From: Chiloscyllium plagiosum
Taxonomy: Eukaryota
Length of the DNA stretch: 45,672 bases
Assembly (NCBI RefSeq): GCF_004010195.1
Contig: NC_057750.1
Span: forward strand, 835,897-881,568
Direction: 5' to 3'
Shown: piece by piece, positions 35,230-45,672 of the stretch
Position numbering within the stretch: the first letter of the stretch is position 1
How the letters are laid out: every line of letters starts with the position of its first letter
Made by a program: the position numbers and the translations under genes
Notes under the pieces: model-generated
Told to the model about the DNA's origin: nothing
Databases searched by the model: none
What the model saw: the letters and a program-made list of their open reading frames with translations, nothing else

Positions 35230-35420
35230 AGAAACATAGGAGCAGGAGTAGGCCATTCGGCCCTTCGAGCTGCCCCACCATTCAATATGATCATAGCTAA
35301 TCATACAATCTCAGTATCCCATTCCCACCCTCTCCCCATACTCCTTGATCCCTTTAGCTGCAAGGGCCATGTCGAGCTTCCTCTTGACTATATCTAACAA
35401 ACTGACCCCAACGGCTTTCA
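35230..35420 (-). mobile_element. CR1 3' tail fragment
   Basis: GAAACATAGGAGCAGGAGTAGGCCATTCGGCCCTTCGAG. Confidence 0.75.
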
Positions 35421-37134
35421 GCATGACTTGCTGTTGGAAACCCAACCCTTTTTGTAAGTGACTAGCTGAATGTTAGCTCACACATGGATGTGCCTGTGAA
35501 TATAGATTATAATAGTAAGCTGTAATAAACATCTGTTGGATCTTTGAATATCACATTCTCCACTTGCTAGTATTTTTTAATATTATGAGGAACAAAACAA
35601 ACATTGCTGCAACCATTAAACTATCCTATTGGAGGTAAGATGCATATTATGATTAGCAGTGATGGCCATTTATAAAGAAGGAACTCCACAATCTTAAAGG
35701 CAGATATTTGAAAACCTAACTGAAGATCAGCTAGGTAACAGCTCTGGCCATCAAACCATTCCGATACTCAGTGCCATCTGCTACTATGAGCACACATCTG
35801 TAATTATGAACTGACCAACCAGAAATTAGAGCAAATTTCTATCTGTGTGAAACTTCTTTCAAATTAAAAGTCCTGTCTCTCATTAAAAAAAATTCAAGTA
35901 CCCGCAGTTCCTATTTATAAATACAGAAAATGCAACTTAAAAGAACATTTAAAGACAGGTTTCTTCACTAAAAAGGTCTAAATGCAGCTAAAAGTTAATT
36001 GTTTTTACCATTTTCGCAAGAAGAGAGAATCTCCCATCATGTTATCATTTCTTATTTTGTTATTTTAGTGACTAAAACATGTAAATGCAAGGCTGCAGTT
36101 CATCAAGCACCTCTCTTAAAGGGCATAAGGCCAAGGAAGGAGCAGTAACAAGCAAAAAGTAAAAGTGAAACTGAAGGAGAAAGGGGAGAAATAAACTGAG
36201 ACAGAAACAAATCAACACTGCACTGCCTGCTGTCTTAATTCAAAAGATTTCCAAAATGAATTGGAAGGCGATTGTGAGCAGGAAGGGATTTGGGGGTAAG
36301 AGAGAATGGGAGGAAGCGAAGGACAGAGAAGGCGGTAGGAGAGGGGTGAGGGGGAGATGGGGAGGAGGAGAGGGGTAAGGGGTGAATGCACCTGGAGATG
36401 CTGAGAACTTATAGCTGCAGTGAACATTTGGCCCTCGACTTGATTTAAATTAGACATTTTCAAGTTCTGAGTGACAGGATTAAAATGCATTTTCTAATGT
36501 CTGGTTGCAGCCTGGTAAAAAAAAATGTAATGGGCCAAACTTTACTGTAAATGACAACTGAATACCACCTGCCAAGAGTCAGACTTCTTTTTCCTATTTA
36601 ATCTCCAGAATACTTTGCACATTAAATTGCTTTGGCTGGGAGGCGGAAACAGCACAGATCCTTTAGCTGAGTATCTGTGTGAACAGGGCAAGTAACTCTG
36701 TTTCTCCTTATCCAATGAGATTTAATGAATATAACCTGTAGAGTTGTGTGTGGTAGTGGGTAATATCGCTAATCATGGAACTTCTCAGAAACCCCGGGTT
36801 CACGTCCCACTTCAGGAGATGACAACCACACAAAAAAAAAGAGTTCAAAGCATGTCAACCAGATTGCTTATGAGCCAGTAAATACTTCTGATATGCTTGA
36901 TGGTCAGTAGTTAGAGCAGGCCTGGTCCTGTTTCTTGATCAGCCATCCTGCAAAAAGCAATAACAAACCATTGCAGTACTTTGCCAAGTCCATCATTGCC
37001 AATGTCCACTTAGTGTTTGGTACCTGAACAGAGACAGAGAAAAAGACTCTGCACCAGACGTGTGAGAACATTGAAACAGAAGCAGCAGCAGATCCTACAT
37101 CTCGTCGAGTCTACTCAAAAACTCAGTACAATCA

Positions 37135-38335
37135 AAGGAACAAAATAAGTTATTCAGCGTGTCGAACACACCCCACTATTCAATATGATTATGGCTAATC
37201 GAATACTTTAACGTCTTTTAACTAGGCCATTCCCATAATGCTTTATGTCACTGGTGACCAGAAAGCTAACAATCTCTGCCTTGAACATATTCAACAACTG
37301 AGCTTCCCCAGCAGTCTGTGGTAGAGAATCTCAATGATTCACAACACTTTGAGCGAAAAAAAACTCCTCATCTTGAACCTTGGAGGCATCCCTCTTATTT
37401 TTAAATTGTGCCCCCGGTTCTAGAGGGGAAACATCTTACCTGCATCCACCGTACCTGTCCCCTGTCATATTTTGTAAGTTTCAATGAGATGACCTTTCAT
37501 TCTTCGAAACTCTAGACAGTACAGGCCCAGTTGTCCAATCTCTCTTCACAGAACTATCATCCCAGAAGCAAGTTTGGTGAACATTCACTGCACTCCCTCT
37601 ATGGTAATAATATCTTTCCCAAGATATGAAATCAAAATTGCACACAATATTCCAGGTTTGGTCTCACCAAGCTCCTATAATTAAAGCAAGATTTCACTAG
37701 TCCTGTACTGAAATCCTCTTGCAATAAAGGCAAACATTCCATTCGTCTTCCTAATAGCTTGCTGCATCTGCATGTTAGCCTTCAAAAACTTATTGTACAT
37801 CAGCTGTTTCCAACTCTCACTATTTAAGAAATACTCTGTAAATCTGTTTCTCCTACCAAATGGCCTCACATATTTCCACATTACATTCCTTCTGCCGTGT
37901 TCTTGCCCATTCACTAAGCCAGTCCCAAAACCGCTTTATGTTTTCCTCACAATACACGTTCCCACTTAGCTTTGCATCATCTGTAAATTTGTAAATGTTG
38001 CTTTTGATATACATTGTAAACATCTGGGGTCCCAAATACTGAACCTTGCAGTATCCCACTTGTCACAGATTGCCAATGTGAGGAAGATCTTTTTATTTCT
38101 ACACTCTGTTTCCTGATCATTTGCTAATCATTAATCCATGTCATTACATTACCTCCTTTCTGATGTGCTTTAATTTGTCGAACCAGTATCCTGTGGAGGA
38201 CTTTACCAAAAGCTGTCTGAGAATCTAAGTGTACTGCATCACTGGCTCTCTTAATCAATTTTGTTGGTAAAATCATCAAACATCCTCACCAACGTCATCA
38301 AACACTATTTCCCATTCACAAATCCATGTTGACAA
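37135..38335 (-). mobile_element. Old CR1 ORF2 RT and C-terminus, heavily decayed
   Basis: LGPQMFTMYI...KFTDDAKL; RKTNGMFAFIARG. Confidence 0.8.
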
Positions 38336-39342
38336 TGTGCAATGCAGCTGAGTTGGAGATGGTCAAGAGCATCAAGTACCTTGGAGTGACAGTCATTAGC
38401 AATCTGTCCTGGAGTACCCACGTCAAAAAGACACAACAACGTTGCTTCTTTCTCAGAAATCTAAGGAAATTCAGCATGTCTGTCAGGACTCTCATCAACT
38501 TCTAAAGATGCACCATAGAAAGCACTCTATGTAGATGCATCATGGCCTGGTATGGCAACTGCTCTGCCCTGGACTGTAAGAAACTACAGCAAGCTCCGGA
38601 CAGAGCTTTGTCCATCACACAAGCCAACCTTCCATCCGCTGCCTCCATCTACATTTCTCAATGCCTCAGAAAGGCTGCCAACACTAAAGAATCCTCCTAC
38701 CCAGTTATAATCTTTTCCAAACTCATTTGTCAGGCAGAAGATACAAAAGCTTAAATGCACATACCAACATGTTCAAGAACAGCTTCTTCCCTGTTGTTAT
38801 TAGACTTCTGAATGCACCTCTCAAATTTCAAATGTAATGTTGATGTTGCTTTTGTGAACCTACTTTGCAGCGGAAACTTTCTATTCCTTGCTCTATCCAC
38901 TCATGCTACGATCTTTGTATGTTATGATCTGCCTGCAATATCAGGTGCAGTAGGCTTTGGGTTAGCATGGTGGCTTAGTGGTTAGCACTGCTGCCTCACA
39001 GCACCAGGGACCCAAGCTTGATTCCAGCCTTAAGTGACTGTCTAATTGGAGCTTGCTCATTCTTCCCATATCTGCGTGGGTTTCCTCCGGATACTCTGAT
39101 TTCCTCCCACAGTCCAAAGATGTGTAGATTAGGTGGATTACCTATGCTAAATGGCCCATAGTGTTCAGTAATGTGCAGGCTGGGTGGATTAGCCATGGGA
39201 TGTGCAGAGTTACAGAGATAGGGTCTGGATGGGCTGAAGGGCCTACTTCCACACTGTAGGAATTCTGTGATACTATATTGCATGCATAACAAAGCGTTTC
39301 ACTGTACCTAGGTACATCTCAACAATAAATCAAGTCAATCAG
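38336..39342 (+). mobile_element. Rex1/Babar LINE 3' portion, with an HE1 SINE inserted in its 3' UTR
   Basis: KYLGV...LSWSTHVKKTQQRCFFLRNLRKF...TIES...AWYGNCS...KKLQ; FKNSFFP; tail AATAAATCAAGTCAATC. Confidence 0.8.
38965..39272 (+). mobile_element. HE1 SINE, older and diverged
   Basis: GCATGGTGGCTTAGTGGTTAGCACTGCTGCCTCACAGC ... TTCCACACTGTAGG. Confidence 0.85.
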
Positions 39343-39569
39343 ATCATTATTAACCAGAAGTCTATTTATTCACTCCTTGATAATAGATTCTAGCATTTGC
39401 AATGGAGTCACATTTGCTAACTTCCAGTCTTCAGGAATCATTCCAGAATCTATGGAATTTTGCAAGATAATCATCAATGCATTGACTATCTCTATAGTGA
39501 TATCCTTCAAAACTCTGGGATGTAGTCCATCAGGATTTATCAACTTTCAGCTCCATTACTTACAGTTAT

Positions 39570-39852
39570 AGAGTCATAGTGATGTACAGCATGGAAACAG
39601 ACCCTTCGGTCCAATCCGTCCATGCTGACCAGATATCCCAACCCAATCTAGTCCCACCTGCCAGCACCCGGCCCATATCCATACTTCTTCCAGTACAATC
39701 AAAGAATTATCAAATCCCTACAGTGTGAAAACAGGCTATTTGGCCCATCGAATCTACACTGACCTTCTGAAGAGTTTCCCACCCAATCCCACCCCTCCAT
39801 CCTATCCCTGTAACCTGCATTTCCCATGGCTAATCCACCTAACCTGCACATC
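39570..39852 (-). mobile_element. HER1 tail (39570-39680) and HE1 3' fragment (39714-39852)
   Basis: AGAGTCATAGTGATGTACAGCATGGAAACAGACC; CCCTACAGTGTGAAAACAGGC...CCTAACCTGCACATC. Confidence 0.75.
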
Positions 39853-39933
39853 CACAGGGGCGGATTTCCGACGCCCCTGCCCCAAGTCCCTCCTCCCTAC
39901 CTTTTATCTTAGCCTGCTGGACAAACTTTCCTC

Positions 39934-39969
39934 ATTCCTGAAGAAGGGCTTATGCCCGAAACGTCGATT
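39934..39969 (+). ncRNA. Minimal hammerhead ribozyme motif, intact core, inside a PLE pLTR fragment (about 39865-40030)
   Basis: ATTC-CTGAAGA-A-GGGC-TTAT-GCCC-GAAAC-GTC-GATT. Confidence 0.72.
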
Positions 39970-40409
39970 CTCCTGTTCCTTGGATGCTGCCTGACCTGCT
40001 GCGCTTTTCCAGCAACACATTTCCAGCTCCCCTTATATTTCTCTATCTGTCCCTTGATTTTTCCTGCCCTCTCGATATCACTCTGTCTATCTCTATTAAT
40101 AGATGACCCCAAGAGGAGAGCTGGGAAACTCTTGCTTGCTATCAGCTTCACACATTTAACACCATCCACACTTTCCATGGACAATCAGAAAGATGCTGAG
40201 AAGATTTGGAAAGTTCTGAAAGACATGCTCAAGGTAAGGCTGAACTTCAGGAACAACAGAATCCCACCCAAGGATCTATTGACCGGTTTATCAGATTATG
40301 TCACAGCAAAGGGCATGATTGTGACTCTTCCAAAGAGGAACTCTCAGAGAAGCTCATCAAATTAGTCATGGTGTTTACACCAATTCTACTCTGTAGGCAT
40401 GTAAATGTG

Positions 40410-40623
40410 CTGAAAATGTGTTGCTGGAAACGCGCAGCAGGTCAGGCAGCATCCAAGGAACAGGAGAATCGACGTTTCAGGCATAAGCCCTTCTTCAGGA
40501 ATCAGGCTTATGCCAGAGATGTCAATTTTCCTGCTCCTCAGATGCTGCCTGACCTGCTGCGCTTTTCCAGCAACACATTTTCAGCTCTGATCTCCAGCAT
40601 TTGCAGCCCTCACTTTCTCCTCC
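40410..40623. mobile_element. PLE-derived hairpin mini-element with hammerhead (40467-40502, minus) and 14-bp TSD
   Basis: Inverted arms of about 80 bp; GGCATGTAAATGTG at 40396-40409 and 40624-40637. Confidence 0.8.
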
Positions 40624-41980
40624 GGCATGTAAATGTGGCACATCATTGACTTATTAGTTGTAGATGGATATAACTGATTCTTCCAATGCAGTCAACAGCT
40701 GTGAGGGTCAGCAATGTAACCACAGCATCTCGAACAGATGTGATTTACCTCACCAACCCCAAAAGCAATCCAACTTCTCCTGACATCAGTAATGGATGTG
40801 CCACCAAAAGGACATTGAGCAGGCGTGAGAAGGAAAACCTAAGTTCAGAAACTAAGCCTGAACGGCATCACATTGCTGCCTGACCCACCGGGTTCCTCCT
40901 GCATTCGTGGTGTTTGGTCCAAAACCAAACACTTGCAGCAAGAGAATGTTAAGGAGGTTTATCAGTACAAAGGCATCCCTGAGACTCAGAGTCAACCAAA
41001 TGACAGGCAAATTTCACAAGGTGGCCAATCTTTCTACATTAACCTCAGACACTCTGTTGATGGAATAAGGCAATCAGAAACTTTTACAAATATTCAAATC
41101 AAATGTCCTGAAAAGGTGGGATGATACCTACTGAAAGCTACAATCCATACAAGAACTAGTGCTCGTGCCAACATATTGCCAGTTTGCATTCTGATACTCT
41201 GCAGTTCAACCAACAAGAGACCATGGCACAGTGTATAACAGATCACACTGCAGAGGTAATCCACCAGCTCATCCTGACTTCCCAACATCTTTGAACCAGA
41301 AGGCAGCAGTGGCCCAACAGTGACTCTGCACATGTCTCAGTAAGGTCACAATTCAGGGGGTTCAGACAAACAGACTGGGTATGACTCAATGAGTCAGTTA
41401 ATGCTGAAGGCATTCTCAAGTTTGGTCGGAGCCAGTGTGAGCTGTAACAATTGGCAACTACCAAAGGACAGTAACGACAAGTTTCACAAAAGATCATGAT
41501 CCAGGGATGGTCTTACAGTATTAAGCAAGTACATGAGAACATTCATGCATTTTGGTTTTACAGAGAATTTGGAAAATCACGACATGTCATTTTCAAGGGA
41601 AGGTATGACAGCAAGGTATCAGGTCCGTGTTACACCTGGGTTTTGAATACACAAGTTAAACACATGAAACTCTGGCCAGGAATAAATCAGGTTATTCACA
41701 ACTGAGGCACAGCAAATGTGACAAATGTAGCAGCTGAAGGAGTCTTTACAACTACATGCTTTTCCATTCGTTCCTTTCACTCCTGGGTTGCAGGGAGCAG
41801 GAGACCCACTCACATTGCACAGGAAGATTATAACTCCATGATGGGTCACTTCCACAAATATCCCCTTTATTTCCTGACTTAACAACCATCACTGACACAA
41901 TGACTGTGACTTGCAATGTATTCAGCGCCCTGACATGGATCATGTCTGACAACGGACTGCCATGCAATGGCAGACCATAC

Positions 41981-42082
41981 AGAGAGTCGAGAGTGTGATG
42001 CTGGAAAAGCACAGCAAGTCAGGCAGCATCTGAGGAGCAGGAGAAATGATGTTTCAGACAAGAGCTCTTCGTCAGGAATGAG
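41981..42082 (-). mobile_element. PLE pLTR fragment with degenerate hammerhead, inserted in the Gypsy integrase
   Basis: Reverse complement CTGACGA-A-GAGC-TCTT-GTCT-GAAAC-ATC. Confidence 0.7.
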
Positions 42083-43525
42083 GCCATATAAACCATATTG
42101 GAAGTGACTCCCTACCATGTTATCATCTCATAGTCCTCACTCCAGTGGTCTGCAGAATGAATATTACACATTATCAGGTCAATGGTCATTAAGTATTGGC
42201 AAACTAAGCTGCCTTTCCATGCACCGGCAATGGAAAAGGGATTACCAACCCAGCACAGTTTATACTCAGTACTGAAGTGAAAAGGACCTTTTTCTGTAAC
42301 CAATGATGACCCTTGTTTCAAATGACTTTATTGGTGCGAAATTCTTTGGGATATCCTAAGATTAAGAAATGCACTATGGAAATTCAATCTTTATTTTACC
42401 CAAAACAAAAAATAAGATCCTCTTTTCCAGGATAAATGATGACCTGCTTCTGCTCCTGGGCTTCAAGCAATGGTAAGTATTTAGCTATTGAAATGCTGAC
42501 AAAGTGTACCATTGTTCACGATGCATTGCTGGGTTTTGCAAAGCATTGCCAATGATCTTGTGGGCACCATTGCCTTTTCAATGTGGCACAGCTGAAACTG
42601 TGAAATAACTGAGGAACACAACATCTGCACAAACCCTGGAGTTGGAACTCCTTCTGCTCCTGTTGGGAGCAACCTTTCTTACTGCCAACTCTGATAATCC
42701 CTGACGCTTGGCATTACACAATGATGTTTGCGAACTGTGAGGAATGAAGTCGCATCCCAAGTCTTGGGAAGTGTTATCATTAATGAAAGCATTGACAAAG
42801 GAAACAGAATTCAGGCAGAGCTGTCTAAGCCTGGGGAAATCTTAAAGAGTTCCAGTTCATGTTCATGATGTCTCAGAAAACATTCATTATCTTCAATGTA
42901 AGCAATGAAGAGAATTGACAAGCCATCTGAGTCTCAGTGTACTCACCAGTCAAAGGGAATTTCATGTTTGCTTTGCCTTTGTGCTAAAAGTACAGGCAAT
43001 CACTTGGAACTGAAATTCCAAGAGGATGGAAGAGAATAATCAAATACGTTTTTATCCTGCAACCTTGTAAATCTCAAGTCATTATTTTACATTGTTATTT
43101 ATTGATTTGAGCCTGTGTATAATTTCATAGCTGCCACACATAAAGGAAATACATGAAGGTAAGGGCATTCTCACTTCAAGCTTAATTGTTTGTGCAGCAG
43201 CTTAATAAAATATGACTGCTCCACGGAAACACCAATAGATTCGATAGACTGGCTGCTATAAAGATGGTCATAGCTGATGGACAGAGTGTTCACCTGTCAG
43301 CCAGTTAATCACCCTGTAAATTCTCCAATCCACACTGCTCAACCAGAGAACATCAATGAAACGGAAGGCTGTAACAGCGGAATTCTCCCACTTGCTTCAC
43401 TCTCCCATTCATTTATTCGAATCTGACTAGCTATCTGCCTGTCCCATTGCTCTCTACATTGACACACTGCTGTAGATCACTGCTTACCCCTGTACAATGT
43501 GAACAGTATTGGACCACATTCCACA

Positions 43526-43713
43526 TTTAAAAATCACACAACACCAGGTTATAGCCCGACAGGTTTAATTGGAAGCACTAGCTTTTGGACAACCACTTGA
43601 TGAAGGAGCAGTGCTCCGAAAGCTAGTGCTTCCAGATAAACCTGTTGGACTATAACCTGGTGTTGTGTGATTTTTAACTTTGTCCACCCCAGTCCAACAC
43701 CGGCATCTCCAAA
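43526..43713. mobile_element. PLE-derived hairpin mini-element of another family, with hammerhead motif (43594-43628, plus)
   Basis: Arms of about 60 bp (AAAATCACACAACACCAGGTTATAG / CTATAACCTGGTGTTGTGTGATTTT); CAC-TTGATGA-A-GGAGC-AGT-GCTCC-GAAAG-CTA-GTG. Confidence 0.75.
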
Positions 43714-43974
43714 ACATTCCACACTCCACTCTTCTGTCAAAGCCATGCCTCACGGTTGCTCACTCCCCACAATGATGGAGAGTCCACACAATCAAATGGA
43801 CATTATTCTGCTGCTAAGGTGCACTTTGCGTGTGTGTGTGAATTAACAATAACACCCAGTAGCTGGGTCATTTCATGCTCAGTAAGCTCTTGTTCTATAC
43901 ACAGTGATGATATTGTTGGGAGCAGGCAAACATCAGAGGAAGTCTTGTTTTTGTGGTGGTTGGAGTGAGCACTC

Positions 43975-44107
43975 ATTGGAAGGCACAGGAAGGGTTTGAC
44001 GAGATATGAGCCAAGTGCTGGCAAATGGGACTAGGCCAGATTGGAATGTCCGGTTGGTGTAAACAAGTTGGACCGAAGGGTCTGTTTCTGTGCTGTATGA
44101 CTCTATA
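43975..44107 (+). mobile_element. HER1-like 3' tail
   Basis: GTGCTGGCAAATGGGACTAG...TGTTTCTGTGCTGTATGACTCTAT. Confidence 0.75.
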
Positions 44108-44944
44108 ACTGCTGGTTTGGAAAGGCTATATAAGAGGACTCCTTATGATGACTGGACCTTTCGTCAGCAGTTTCACATCAAACTAGTGTTTCCTTTCCTG
44201 GTTCTATCAGCTGCCTCTTGCTCCCACACCCACCAGTCAAGGTCAGCTGACGCAAGCTGTCTTCACTGTTGGGTCTTGGAAGAGTTTACAAGGTTCCTCA
44301 CAATCTCACTCATTCACCAGGGGTACAATTCACAGATATTGGTACACATCCTGGCCAGTATAATCGGCATTGAAACAGAATTGATCTATTCCTTGGCATG
44401 GGAGCTGAGTTGAGGGCAACCACACAATGTATCTAAATTTTAATAGCGACACAGAGTGAGGGCTCACTTTAAGAGTTGGCCTAAATAGCTGTTAGCCTTA
44501 GACAGCCTTTGTCAACAACACCATTTCTTTGAGATGATGCTAACAAGATAACAAAACGGTTCGATTGCACTGAAGTTAGTGCTGTCAGTGCTGATCTGCA
44601 TTGTAATTTTCTCAGGGCTCTCGCTGATAAAGTAGTTCTATTTTCTTTAAGCCAGTAGTAAGTCCAAAAGCATTGTCTATGTTCATGAACAGCTTAAAAC
44701 CAGCTGTGTTGTGCTTGACAGGGGGGGTCAACAAAGCTCAGTGTCCTGTGTTTATGGGACTTTTGTGTAACTGCAGGTCAAAGAAATGGCTGTCTGTTTG
44801 GAACAGGACCATGTGCGCCGTTGTCGAGTCTCCCTCGGTCTTTTGAGGCCCTGTGTGAATGAAAGCTGGTTATAGCCAGGCTCTGACTGGACATAATAAA
44901 CTATCCAATACTCATCACTAGCTGCACTGTTACTGGCATTCATC

Positions 44945-45266
44945 CCAGCTCAGCCCCAACTCCACCTCCAGACCCAGCTCCACCTCCCAGACCCAGCACC
45001 ACCTCCAGACCCAGCTCCACCTCCAGACCCAGCTCCACCTCCAGACCCAGCTCCACCTCCAGACCCAGCTCCACCTCCCAGACCCAGCTCCACCTCCAGA
45101 CCAAGCACCACCTCTAGACCCAGCTCCACCTCCAGACCCAGCTCCACCTCTAGACCCAGCTCCACCTCCAGACCCAGCTCCACCACCAGACCCAGCTCCA
45201 CCTCCAGACCCAGCTCCACATCCAGACCCAGCTCCACCTCCAGACCCAGCTCCACATCCAGACCCA
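44945..45266. repeat. 18-bp minisatellite (CCAGACCCAGCTCCACCT), about 17 copies
   Basis: Direct tandem units; two are 19 bp long. Confidence 0.95.
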
Positions 45267-45336
45267 TGAGTTTCCAATCTTCAGGAAAATCTCTCCAGGT
45301 CATCTTCCTCCTGGAGAATGGTCACTTGTCACCCTC

Positions 45337-45606
45337 GATTTGATTTGATTTATTGTAGTCATGTGTACCGAAGTAAAGTGAAATGTTTTGTTTTGTGAAT
45401 AGTCCAGGCAGATCATAGCAAACAAAGACATACAGGTCACAGGGTGCTTAGACAGAGTGAGGCACACGGGGTTGCAGCTGCACAGGGTGTGTGCGTAGCA
45501 AGATCAAGGTTATGTGAAGTTAGAGAGGTCCATTCAGCCGTCTGATAACAGCAGAGAACCTGTTGCTGCATGTGTTCAAGGTTCTGTACCTCCTTCCTGA
45601 TGGAAG
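45337..45606 (-). mobile_element. Rex1-like LINE 3' tail
   Basis: (GATTT)n TATTG...GTACC...AGTGAAA resembles the reverse complement of the 39290-39342 tail. Confidence 0.55.
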
Positions 45607-45672
45607 ACTATTGCCACCTCCGCCTCACACCCCCCCAACTCCAACCCCCCCCACCCCAACCCCCACACAACC

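Larger units (their letters stand above)
40170..42290 (+). mobile_element. Decayed Ty3/Gypsy LTR retrotransposon internal remnant (gag, protease, integrase)
   Basis: gag-like EKIWKVLKDMLKVRLNFR and QGSIDRFIRLCHSKGHDCD...ELSEKLIKLV; protease-like LKATIHTRTSARANILP (about 41131); integrase-like IQGW...FWFYREF...IFKGR...WPGIN, FHKYP, IMSDNG, GLPTPAQ. Confidence 0.7.

Noticed and set aside
44930..45303. (GGGAGS)n fibroin-like or (LEVELG)n or (PDPAPP)n protein
   Set aside because: 18-bp minisatellite with 19-bp units that break the frame; no flanking gene structure

Overview
Repeat-dense vertebrate genomic DNA from a gapped draft assembly (N runs at 7049-7136, 8804-9645, 13144-13150). It is almost certainly an elasmobranch (shark), because it carries HE1-type tRNA-derived SINEs and HER1/CR1 LINE 3' ends. 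I could not identify a host protein-coding gene, so the window looks intronic or intergenic; there are a few candidate exons and CNE-like islands. Contents: about 8 HE1 SINEs; more than 25 CR1-clade LINE fragments; Rex1/Babar fragments; a poly(A)-tailed L1/Tx1-like 3' end; a decayed Ty3/Gypsy gag-protease-integrase remnant; and several Penelope-like element (PLE) fragments (RT and GIY-YIG). Two items stand out. (1) About 15 minimal hammerhead-ribozyme motifs (CUGANGA-helix II-GAAA) from several PLE families, some within roughly 200-bp hairpin mini-elements bounded by target-site duplications. (2) A 3.6-kb satellite of 20-bp monomers organised as a 502-bp, 25-monomer higher-order repeat, with a related array in inverted orientation about 4 kb downstream. 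All family names come from motif recognition, not from database searches.
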